The notes beneath the pieces are model-generated. The model saw only the letters and a program-made list of their open reading frames with translations. It did not search any database and was not told the DNA's origin. The position numbers and the translations under genes were made by a program. A stretch of 60,927 nucleotides of DNA, counting the filler, from Sphacelaria rigidula (lineage: Eukaryota): the NCBI GenBank assembly GCA_964200075.2. It is 8 parts of 8 records of this genome, joined end to end, with 100 filler letters (N's around TTAATTAATTAA, not from the genome) between each part and the next. Parts side by side here need not be neighbours in the genome. Positions count along the whole stretch, not along the records: positions 22,888 to 30,416 come from CAXNAA020014490.1; positions 30,517 to 38,044 come from CAXNAA020014491.1; 6 more parts are not named here. One strand, written 5' to 3'. Below, one piece after another: positions 24,701 through 36,045 of the stretch; the stretch's first letter is position 1; each line of letters starts with the position of its first letter.

Positions 24701-27029
24701 TTCAAGTAGCAATGAAGAATAGTACTGGGGGAAAACTCAAAAGCTACAACAACTACGAATTCTGAAAACTTCTGATTCTGACTACCATACAATGAACTAT
24801 GCGTGACCACGGGTCCGAAATATAGTCATAGTGGCTACAGTAAAAATGAAGAAAGAGACGAAGCACCGAAGCAGACCAAATCACACCGCACAAGGCCAAC
24901 GGCCGAAGCAGCAAAGCGCAGTTGACAGCAGCAGCAGCAGCTACGGAACACAGAAGCCATGGATGACTACGAACCTTTCGTACTATCAGCTGAGATGCTG
25001 GGCCACGAGGGTCCGGTGAGAGAAGAGTACTGCGCTAGTGGTTCGCCCAAACTGCACGCGTGATTCTCCGAAGAAGACGATTAGGTTGCGGTGGCGTTGT
25101 GTTTGACACTCATCGGTTGTACATGGTTGTGCACTGCACGACTTGTGCGAAGGTATTTTGGCGAAATGCAGGGCTCAAGCGAAAGATGCCCTGGTGTTTC
25201 GGATGGCAAGGGTTGCGCAGCAGTGCAGTGAGTACACGTGTAGCAGTGATTATCTGACCCCCATCAAAGCGTACTGTTGTGCGACAGTACGCTCCTACTG
25301 TTCCTGTAATGTTTCGTGAATACAGTCCAACTTTCCAGAGAACACGATTTGCTCCGCTGAAATTGGGCTCTCATGTGCTGGGCGCCCCTTCTTCCAAACG
25401 ATAGGTGAAACGCAGGGGGTTAGAGAAAAGGGTCCTGTAATCGATATTGCATGTGTGGAATAGTGGCAGTGTATCTGCAATTGCCGACTAGTCTGCACGT
25501 TGCTCTGGTATTTGTTAAGGCTGGAACCATGGGCAGCAAGCACTATACTGTACTACACTGTACCGTACTGTTGTTCCGTGTTGCACTTGATAAATTTCAT
25601 GTCCTCTGGATCTCTTGCACGGTCACTCCCCTGACGCGGTGTAACACCTCCCGAGAACTTCGACTTGTCATATCAACTGCAGTGAGCGTGGCGTCAAAGC
25701 TGTGTTGTTGGAGCAGAAGCAATAACTTGCTGGCAACTATTTTATGGGCAAGCTATCTTGTGCGCGTCGACGATTCCTCCGGAGAAATTGAAGGGTGAAA
25801 TGAACTTTGTCCCTGGGGTGTTATACACCGTGACAACCGCCGTGGTGATTGCGAAGCAACATCGCAAAAGATACTGCAGTAGTACTCATGATTTTAGCAT
25901 AGGTTACGCTACCCTGGAGTACTGGCTCGTACCCGGTGTCTTCTGTATAGTGCAAGCTGGTCTCAGGAGTGAAAAAAAAACTCCTGCGAGGCTTTCTGTT
26001 CCTCAGTCCAGTTCCGGAGTTACGCGCGAAGGAAAATAAATATATTTCGTCGGTAGGAACAGCCCCATTTCACACATGATTTATTCTTGTGCGCTGGGAT
26101 CGAAATCAGAGAGTTCGGAAGATTTTTTTTCTCATCGTAAAGTCAGAGTCCAGAGAGGACGCTGGAAAGATCGTAGCGGAAGCTGATGTGACGTGGCTTG
26201 ACGTGATTTTTTTTGTCGCAGTGATTAGCCGCAGGTTGACCCGCCGCATGTACGATCGACCAGCGTCCAGGTCGAAAATGGATGATGCAAAGGCCGGTAC
26301 AGCGCGGCACCGTACGTCCCGTACATGACGCTTCACTGCACCTGCGGTATTTTAATCCACTACAGCGTACAATAGTGCACTGTAGTGCTATGCAGTGTGG
26401 AGTACAGATGGTGCAGTGCAGAAAGTGCAATGCAGAACTCTCCAAAAGTGCATTGCGGTATGGTGAACTACAGTGATACCGTCGTACAGACAGTGGTACA
26501 TACCGTAGTACAGTACGTAGCACTTTCAAACAACAGACAAGGCCTCACTGTGATGGTTTTCCAACATGCCACCCATGACGGTGGTGCAAGACGTCATGGT
26601 CTCTGACGGAGTGGCAATGCAGCCATGTGCAGTACTTCAGATTGCGATGCAAAGCTTTTCTACTTCGTGAATGGCCCACTGTGATGAGCATGGCGGTTGT
26701 GATGAATGTCTCACTTTGCTTGTTTCTGTGTATTGATGTTGGAGTGGCCGTGACCATGGTGGTGAAGGTGGGTGAGTTTTTTTTTCATTCCGTTCTAAAC
26801 TCTGAAGAGGAACGCGGTCTTCAGAGTGAAGGGGTGCAAACGGCACTCTGACTCTGGAAAAATAGCTGTGAAAAATTCAGAGTGGAATGTGCACCGTTGC
26901 CGGCTACTTTTGCTTCCACTCTGACTCCAAGATGGGAAGAAACGTTTTCCGAAACTCTCTACATTATTGTGCATTTGTTCTCTTGTGTTAGTTTCCATAT
27001 TCCATTCTACCATACAATCAGTATTCAAT

Positions 27030-28215
27030 AGTCACCTGCCAAACGTGGCAAATTTTGTAGATTACTCGTAGTTGCCGGTTTTCGAACGTTTTTTTCGCGT
27101 GCCACCGCTCGTCGAACGTTTGATCCCCAAGCTTCACATTCCGAAAAAAAAATAGTTCGTGCACTCAATATTGAACGACTTACGGGGTGACCGGTTGTCG
27201 GGGTCCTGCGACTACATAGCCCCAGGTTCTAACTCTTCGTTTTTTTGCACGATCGACTGAATCCCGCCCGTCTCATACATGAGAGAACCATTTTTTTTTT
27301 CTGAACTCGTACCTTTTTATTGCGTTAGAGCCGACAACTATGTTTTAAAGACCAATTACGGTCAATAACACCCCTTAGTGAACGACGTTTTTACCCCGTA
27401 TCACCGCGACAGCGCCAACTTGAGGATTGCGTCCTGCGTTCGACCTTGTTTTCTTCCCATTATTCATCGACTCACTTTCGAGAGCTAAGGAAGAATAATA
27501 TGCTGAGAAAAATACTCAACAGCGAAAAATATTGTACCAGAAATGACAAGACATGCCATTTGCCGTTTTTGGTCCGAACACACATTTGTTTTCGGCTCTA
27601 TTATAGCGCTATGAATAGATTTGTGGATCGAAATTGGGCCACGATTGTTCATCATACACAGCTCAGTTGAGCAATTTCCGTAGTTGGGTGTTTTTGATCT
27701 CTTCGCATAGTATTCTCCCTTGGCACTCGAAAGTGGTCGTGTCGACAGATATTGAAAGAGAAACAGGTGGTGCCCAGGACACAATCCCCAAACTGGTGTT
27801 GTCGAGGTGATAGGTAGTAGAGACCTCATTTTATCAGGAGGGTGTTATTAACCGTAATTGGTCCAACAGTTTTTCGGCTCAAGCGCCATGAAAAGATAGA
27901 AATTAAAAAAAGTCGCGTTTGCATGTTCACCAGAATGACAGGATCCGCTCAATCGAGGGAAAAAATTGAAGAGTCAGAAATTGGGGCGGTGTAGACGCAA
28001 GAAGCCCGAAAACCGGTCACCGCGGAAGTCGCTCAATGTTGAATGCACATGTAATTTTCTATTCGGAATGTGAAACGGATACTAATATTTCTTGTATTCA
28101 ATATTTGGGATCAAAAGTTCACCGTGACCAGAGGTGGCACGCGAAAAAAAACGTTAAAGCCTCCCAACTATATTATACACAAATTACAAAATCTCCCCAA
28201 GTTTGACAGGCGATA
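27030..28215. mobile_element. Foldback element with ~400-bp diverged inverted arms
   Basis: The left arm (CACCTGCCAAAC..TTTTTTCGCGTGCCACC..CACATTCCGAA..CAATATTGAACGACTT) mirrors the right arm (AAGTCGCTCAATGTTGA..TTCGGAATGTG..GGTGGCACGCGAAAAAAA..GTTTGACAGGCGA). A right-arm copy also occurs at ~56280-56660. Confidence 0.78.
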
Positions 28216-28877
28216 GTGTATGCTAAACCAGTCTACCCTACACTCGTAGGACAGAATGGAGAAGAAAAGTTCACGAAAGCGTGGTTGACCGTATCTTGTG
28301 CAGCAGAATTTTTTTTGTATGTTTGCACCCGGTCACTCCCCGAGCTTGGCGAGGGCACACTAAGGAGAAGCGGAAAGTTCATACCAAAACAATTGTTGCA
28401 CTTACTGCTGCTCTGGAAGAATAGTTCAATTCCTCACCACTACTTTTCCCAGGGCTAACTAACCCTTTGACCGCCGGGTGGGTCATCTGAGGTGTTGAAT
28501 TCTTTTTTCAAGTGGAAATAATGCCGATCCAAAAGATGGCTCAACCAGACGGTCAGAGGATCCAGGCTCGCGGCCACACCGCGGTGACCTTGTAGGTACT
28601 TCGTGTGAAAATGGCTGAAATATCTTCTTGAAAAATAGTATCCTAGCAGCGCACGCACACTGCGGTAGCCCCTAAAATCCCGAACGGATTCAAGACAGCT
28701 TGGCCAGGGCAAGCCTTGCAGCTAATGCACGATGGCCATGGATATCTGTGCGTTGCGTGCTTCCCGAGCACACAGTGTGAGCGCATGCGATGTTTTTCTG
28801 GGGTCTTGCTCCTACCCATCCGCAGCACCAGTAACCATGTCCAACGAATGGTAAGCTTCCACAGGCACCGTAGGTAA

Positions 28878-29770
28878 GGCACCGTGCCGAGCGTACCCCC
28901 GGTATTTACCGGGGTATCCCATACCGTGGTATGCGTAGGTATCGTAGATATTCCATTTGAAAATACCGGATGGGGCGGGTATGGTAGTATTGAAATCGCG
29001 GAATACCTTGGTACCGTAGGTATCGCAGGTATGACATTTGAAAATACCGGATTGGGCGGGTACTGTAGGTACTGAAATCTCGGAATACCCTGGTATCGTA
29101 GGTATCGTAGGTATGACGTTTCAAAATGCCGGATTTGGCAGGTACGGTAGGTATTGAAATTTCGGAATACCCTGGTATCGTAGGTATCGTAGATATGAGT
29201 TTCGAAAATACCGGATTGGGTCAGTATCGGTAGGGTATGAGATGTCCCAAATACCTGTATCGGGTACCTGCCTTACCGACTATACCGAAATCAAAACTGC
29301 TATCTGACAGTGCGAAGCGTTTCAAATCTAGGTGCAAGTTGGGCAGTCGAGGTTTTCACAGGTACCGTCCGTACCCTCAGGTACCGTACCGAGCGTACCC
29401 CCGGTATTTACCGGGGTATCCCATACCGTGGTATGCGTAGGTATCGTAGGTATGAGTTTTGAAAATACCGGGTTTGGCGGGTACGGTAGATATTGAAATC
29501 TCCAAATACCCTGGCATCGTAGATATCGCAGGTATTCCATTTAAAAATACCGGATTGGGCGGGTACAATAGGTATTGAAATCTCCAAATACCCTGGTACC
29601 GTAGGTATCGTAGGTATGACATTACAAAATACCGGATTGGGCGGGTACGGTAGGTGCTGAAATCTAGAAATACCCTGGTATCGTGTGTATCGTAGGTATG
29701 AGTTTCGAAAATATCGAATTAGACCGGTATCGGTAGGGTATGAGATATCCCAAATACCGGTACCGTGTAC
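28878..29770. repeat. Higher-order minisatellite: two ~400-bp blocks (~28878-29275 and ~29380-29770), each with about four ~81-82 bp units
   Basis: Unit approximately AAAATACCGGATTGGGCGGGTACGGTAGGTATTGAAATCTCGGAATACCCTGGTATCGTAGGTATCGTAGGTATGACATTTG. Both blocks begin with CCGAGCGTACCCCCGGTATTTACCGGGGTATCCCATACCG and end with GTATCGGTAGGGTATGAGAT.TCCCAAATACC. Confidence 0.92.
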
Positions 29771-30787
29771 CTACTCTACCTGGGGTGCCTGTGAAAGCTT
29801 CAGTCTTGTTGTCTGTTCTGTTGACTGCGTCCGAAACTCGCCACCTACGGGAATGTTCGTGTCGTGGTGAGGCGTGGAGCAGGTTTCTTGGAACGCATAG
29901 TCACTTGGTTGTGGAGCTACAGAGTCACTGGGGGGCCGGGGGTTGTGTACGTCGTATTCTCTGGTCAGGAATTCGATTCCCAGCAGACACGATCCTATGC
30001 AGCGTTGTTCCTCAGGAATATCTGATTTCTATCGTTTTGACAACATGAGGACGTGAGTGGCAGGAAGAAACAAGTAACGAAAGGCGATACGGTGCGAGAG
30101 GGCTAATACAATCCGCGATACCGTAATGTCGGGCATGTGACGCGGGAGGGGTAGGGTGTGATCCCTTGAGACTATGCATGCTCTCGTGCCACGGAACGGG
30201 GTGGGGGGGTATTTAGAGTATGACGAAATAAATGTATGTTATAATTGGATTTTTCGAAGTTAGGGACCTCGCTGTAACTTGTAAACTTGTACTTCCTCTG
30301 TTTCATAAGTCTGGGAACCTATCTTAGTGCGAGCCCTTAAGGGTGTCCGATTTGATTTTTAATTTTTTTATTGCATTCGTTGGCGTTTTTTTAGCTAGAA
30401 ACAACACTCTTTCTACNNNNNNNNNNNNNNNNNNNNNNNNNNNNNNNNNNNNNNNNNNNNTTAATTAATTAANNNNNNNNNNNNNNNNNNNNNNNNNNNN
30501 NNNNNNNNNNNNNNNNGGCGCTAAACATTCACAAGGGGGCGAGCTTCTGGGGAGAATCGGCGTCATTACCAGGCGAGATATGCACGACGGCGCCCCGACT
30601 CGTGAAGAGACGCTTCCGCACGATGGTCCTCCGCAGGGTGGTACACTGCCGGAGCAACTCGTGACACACCCACGGGACGGGTTTGGCGAACACACGGTGA
30701 CACGGCTCGCAGAACCATCGCTAACCCAATATCATCGACACTCACTTCATGGTGACGTGTGTAACCATGGCAACCCGCACCTACAGG

Positions 30788-30788
<1 letters not shown>

Positions 30789-30851
<63 letters not shown>

Positions 30852-30977
30852 AACAACAACAACAACGACAACAACGACAACAACATCAACATCACCATCA
30901 TTATCATCATCATGAACAACAACAACTACGACTACTACTACTGCTGCTGCTACCGCTGCTGCTGCTGCTGCTGCTAC
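30789..30977. repeat. Compound trinucleotide microsatellite (ACA/ACG/ATC/CTA/CTG)
   Basis: Direct runs. Confidence 0.95.
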
Positions 30978-30984
30978 AAGAAAA

Positions 30985-32370
30985 GAGTCGGAGTGTTGGG
31001 CTGGAAACAATTCCCCGGTTTCGGTTGCGTCAGTTATTCCGATTTGCAAGATTCAGCGTATCCGCATGATGTCGGCAATAGTTTGGGGGTACAACCTGAA
31101 GCGGTGGCAGACTGACAACAAGGTGCTGGAAAGAACCAAAGATAAACCAATGGGACGTTCTTCCATGACGGGCATGGGAGATGTATCGTTAGTGCTGGGA
31201 ACGGAGGCTGTTCGTGGCCGTTATAGCAAGACAGTCATCACCAGCCACACAAATTACAACAGGTCTCTCCAGGAATGATACGATATAGCGAACTGCAACC
31301 CGGCGTGCACTCCTGGGGCAGGACAAGCACTGTCACTGGACCCGCCGAGAGAAAAAATACTCAACGAGGAGGACAAACATCGCTTCCAGCCCATCACAGG
31401 CAGTGTGACGTATCTCGCTCGAGTGATCCGCTACGACATTGGATACGGCGTGAATCAACTGGCACGGGCAATGTCCAAACCGTTGAAGGCGCATGTGGCA
31501 GCTGCAAAACACTTACTTCGATATTTGGCCGGCATTACGGACCATGACATCACCTACAACGAGGGTGGTTTCCAATTGGCGGCTTTTTCAGAGGCGAACT
31601 GGGGCAACAACCCCGACAACGGGAAATCAACATCATATATTTTCTTTCGCTCGAATGGCTTCGTCAGTTTGAAGGTAGGACTACAAGGATTAAGGGCGCA
31701 ATCGACGATGGAAGCAGAGCTCGTGGTCGCTGCATTCACCATGAAGGAAGGCATATTTTGCTCGAATATGATGCGGGAGATAGGATTGGCACACGCTTCG
31801 ACTCCGTTCCGGTCTACATCGACAACACTTCAACTCTCGACGTCGCAGGCAACCGAACTTACAGCTCAAGAGTCAAGCACGTAGCTCTACGGTACTTCTT
31901 TATTCAGGAATTAGCCCAGGAGGGCAAGGAGGGAAGGATCGGCATTCGTTGCGTCAAGACCGAAGACCAGCTCACAGACATGGGGACCAGGTAACTCAGC
32001 AAACACAGGCACCGTCACTTCGTCGAGCTGATCAGCACATTCAAAATATGAGTACAGCCTGGGTGTAGCTTTGAGTTCTTATTTTGTCCTTGAGTGCCGG
32101 GACGGTTGTACTGATGCAGGTGTTTGAAACTAGCACGTATTTGTATTAAGGGGAGTATGAAGAATTAAAAGTTATACTTGCGTTGAGGGGAAGTGTTAGA
32201 AAATGAGGCTGTGGAGCCATGCCCTTCAACGCTTCGTGTGGTGTTGACTTTATAGATGTAGTGTTTGGATCGCAGGTACCGGTCACGAAGGTTTGGTTTG
32301 ATGTGGGGGCGTATAGTGTGGGATAGCAGCTGTGATACATGAAGTACTCTCCTCGGTTGATCGTCCAACA
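30985..32370 (+). mobile_element. Degenerate Ty1/Copia retrotransposon 3' half: RT C-terminus and RNase H (to ~32051), PPT 32185-32193, 3' LTR 32194-32370
   Basis: YLARVIRYDIGYGVNQLARAMSKP..AAKHLLRYLAG..FSEANWG..GKSTS..AQSTMEAE..YIDNTS..RVKHVALRYFFIQE..KTEDQLTDMGT is Copia RT/RNase H, broken by frameshifts and stops. GAGGGGAAG is followed by TGTTAGA...TCCAACA. Confidence 0.9.
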
Positions 32371-33079
32371 CGGTGCGTTGTTTGGACTGCTTTGCCCGCA
32401 AGAGGCACCTTGAACATCATCTTCTGTCTACACTCCAAAGCAGCTTGTCTGCTTGCTCGGCCTAAGTACCATTGCGCCAACTCTAGCGATCACGTCAAAG
32501 GGATCATCGCGGCACGTTTCCAACACACCTTCCTTCTACGGTGCTTGCCTTTATTTTTTATCGCGGGAAGGGTTCAGCAGCCCTTTTTCCTTGTCGACCG
32601 TGCAGGCTGGGCCAGCAAAGAGTTTTGCATCTCCAACCATAACTCCTCAAGTGTACCAAATCAGCTCGACGTGAGCATATCGCTGTGAACTGCAGACCAA
32701 GTTGCGTGCACGCTCATAGACAGTGCAACAGGCAGGACAAAGCTGCACGTTGCTGAATGAAGTCGTTTTCACGTCGCATTGTAAGCAGAGAAAACTGATA
32801 GTCCTGGGCAGTCTGCACTGCACGTTGCCCGCTTCTCCTTTATATCCTCCTGCACGAAACACGCACACACGCACTCAAGACACCCTGCTTGCAAGCAGTG
32901 AAGAGAGTACAGACTGTCTGTGCTGTACACGAATGGCCATGTACCGTTTCACGATTTTCACTATCTTTCTTCGCTCGAAACCTTTAAAATCCGTCCGGAT
33001 CCACCTGCATCAAAACGAGAAAGTTTCGCTCGAATCAATTCCACGGCCTCATTTTTTCGATCGAAAAGAAAAGTGCTAA

Positions 33080-33854
33080 GGCGGGGTCTTATCATAAGTG
33101 ATTATCATGTTTCAAGAAATCACTTTTGTAAAAAACGACCGATGATTGGTTGCTGCGATACCACCCCCTCCAAAAAGTGCCAAAAAATCACTTTTGCAAA
33201 AGTGATTTTGTGACACCTTGAACGGGAGCATACAACATCCCGTTGACAGGGGCATAACCAAAGCCTTGACAGACAAGTCAATACAGTCAAACGTGAACCT
33301 GAAGATTGCATTAGCCTCTCAAACCAAAGCACACCGCTCCATTCATTGCTGCTCATCAGCTGAGCACGCTGTGCGTGACCTTGTTCAAATCGGTTCAGAA
33401 TTCAATGAGAAATTATGATTTGCGTGAGACGCGCGAACAGCACACGCTCGGAAACAGTCGGCAACAGCACGTTTTGGGTTGCTAGTTGACACGCAAGCGG
33501 CCGCCTTTCATCTAGTACTGGACGGATTTCCGTCAAACAAAGGCTGTCGTGTGTAGATGATCAAGAGCGAGCGCTTGAGCTAATGCGCGTGAGTGGTGAA
33601 TATCTATCCGTCTGTTTTCGTGGCTAGGTTTGTCGGCGCTGTGTTCCCTCTTTGCGTCTTGTCCGCAGCAGTACAGATATTTTGGACTAACGGCTACTTC
33701 CAGAACCGACGCAGTTTTTACCTGTGCGCAGATCTGGGCTTTGATATTAACAAAACTGCCTGTCGATAAGACACAGCACTGGTCGTTGTGGGGGCAATCA
33801 CTTCTCCAAAAGTGATTTTTTTAAAATGATAATCACCTCTGATAAGACGCCGCC
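33080..33854. mobile_element. PIF/Harbinger (Tourist-like) non-autonomous element
   Basis: ~50-bp TIRs GGCGGGGTCTTATCATAAGTGATTATCAT..AAATCACTTTTG and CAAAAGTGATTT..ATGATAATCACCTCTGATAAGACGCCGCC, flanked by TAA on both sides (33077-33079 and 33855-33857). Confidence 0.78.
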
Positions 33855-33894
33855 TAAGACAGGCCCTGAAAATGCTTTTTTCGCACAGAGGAAG

Positions 33895-34157
33895 GCTAAC
33901 ACAGGAGTTTTTTCTTTTTCAATTTTTTGAGCACCCCACCTTCCTTCTGCGGTGCTTGCCTTTCTTTTTACCGAAAGGGGTTCAGCGGTCCCTTTCCTCA
34001 TCGACCGTGAAGTCGAACTGTGTGTACTCACGACATAGTCGCTCTCCACTGTAGCGCATGGTGTGGGAGAAACTCCCAGGTCTTCCCGAGATTTGAACCC
34101 ACGTCCTAACCGTCAGAAGGTTTCGAGGTTACCATTTGAGCCACCGGGGCGACCGGC
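33895..34157 (-). mobile_element. tRNA-derived SINE (family 1) copy
   Basis: Collinear with 4380-4652; A/B-box-like head at ~34085-34157. Confidence 0.8.
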
Positions 34158-35184
34158 TAGCGCTATGTGTTCCTCAATCCTGTCACCCCTGTGAAACGTT
34201 TTTACCGGCACCCGACAGTTTTGTATGTTCTGTAAGTCCATCACACCCCTGGTCGACAACGACCCCCCCGTGGGTCGATCGAGTTCGACGACGCAACATT
34301 TGAGATTTGGAACTGCTTTTCTCTCGCAACGCAAGATATTTTTCATGAACACGTCAACGTTTTTCATATGTATGGGAATTATCCCGGGGGACCGGTACCT
34401 GAGTTTGACCCTGCAGTCATTTGCGTGCAGAGCCGGTATATATGTGCGCTGTTTCCCTTTACTGGGATCAACGGCAAGACGCAGCTTATCGTGCCATTGC
34501 TCCGCACTGATACACAAATTCCGGCGTGCTACCATCAGTGCTGTCAACAAGCTGTGTGTTTTGTCGTCCGACGTATGGTTCAAACGAACCTACACCTTGT
34601 CGGCATGATATGACAAAACAAGAAAATCGCGTCTTCGCGGGGGCGATTGGCTCCTGCTGTCTTTTGTCCAGTCCTTTCAACCGTGTAGAACTATCAAACC
34701 AGTACGCAGAGGCTGTGTAAGACCTTTCTTAACTTTACTCGCCAGTTTGTTACTATCTGAAACGGCCTCATACCCCTGGTCGACGACTCTGCAAGGTCTG
34801 TGAGCCTCCCGTAATCCGTGCCCGGATTCAACATATATACCCTTGTGCGTATATGCGATGCAGGCAGAGTGCGGGTATTACCCGGGAGGGGTGAAGATTT
34901 AAACTCAATCCCTAGCTTTGTTCTGAAAACTCGCACTTGTTCCCCAACCTCCATCCATCTAACACCCCTTGGTATTCAACTCCGTACACCCTTCAAGATA
35001 TGTTTTCCTTTTCGGGGAACAGATGTTTGAAAGGAAAAGCGAAACATGGTGATCAACAGGTATCGTACCAACTGGGGGGCCTTCATCTGCGCCGCCATCG
35101 GTATCAATTGGCAGGGCATCGGTCTATGGTGTCCAACCCTATCTCGTATGGGGGCTGGTTTGTTGCATACACACGGTGTATCTT

Positions 35185-35720
35185 TACAGATATTATCCCT
35201 ATACGACAGTTCGGTGACTTCTGGAAAACTTTCATCCCCGTAACCGCCAGTTCTGTAGCTTCTCTTGGACTGTGGTTGGCCTATTCGATTTTCTAGTGAA
35301 ATCTGTACGGCTTTCGTTGCCCAACTTGATAGCTCTATGACTTCAGTGTCACTTGCACACCCCTATCCGACAGATCTTTGACTTCAGTAACGCTTTCCTA
35401 ACCCCTCGGCAGTTCTGTGACTTGTCGAAGACTGTCCTACCGGTCCACGACAGTTGCGTGACTGTTGTGACTCACCATACCCTTCCAAGACAGTGCTGTT
35501 CTTTTTGTACACATGGTTTAACCCTACACCCTTGTACAAATATCCGGGTGCGTGTCCTATTTTCTATGCGACCCTTTTTCATCACAAGACCACCAGTGGA
35601 TTCTCTGTAAGCCTTCTATCCCTACCCGACAAGTTCAGTGGTCTCCGAGCGAGTTTTTATCGGTACTCCCTATTTCTGTATGATCCACGAAAACTCTCGT
35701 ACCCTACCCAATGCACCTTA
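35185..35720. repeat. Degenerate ~40-50 bp tandem array (CCCTAxxCGACAGTTCxGTGACTT-like core)
   Basis: The core recurs about ten times with high divergence; similar words also occur at 34245 and 34770. Confidence 0.55.
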
Positions 35721-35949
35721 ACGCTACAAAACCTCAAATGTATTCTGGGAGCTGTAAACAATCAGCTCTGTTCAGTTCCGTCAACATTTTCCGCGCCAGT
35801 TGCCACTCCATCCAATTTTTCCAGCTAATCTCCCCTCCCGTCTGGTGGGGGGTTCCGCTCAGGAGCGTCGCCCAAGTCAGAAAATTTCCCCGTGTTTGAC
35901 CTTTGTTTCCTGCGGTAAGCGTAATTGGTTGTGAATAGGGTCCTGCTAT

Positions 35950-36045
35950 TTACGTCAGCATTGACGTAATCTTTTACATCCGCCAGCATTGACGTACTCT
36001 GTTACATCCGCCAGCCTTGACATATTCTGTTACATCCGTCAGCGT
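35950..36045. repeat. 28-bp tandem repeat, about 3.5 copies
   Basis: Units of TTACATCCGCCAGCATTGACGTACTCTG. Confidence 0.85.

Noticed and set aside
28878..29770. CRISPR-like array
   Set aside because: Units are contiguous with no unique spacers, no cas genes are present, and the context is eukaryotic.
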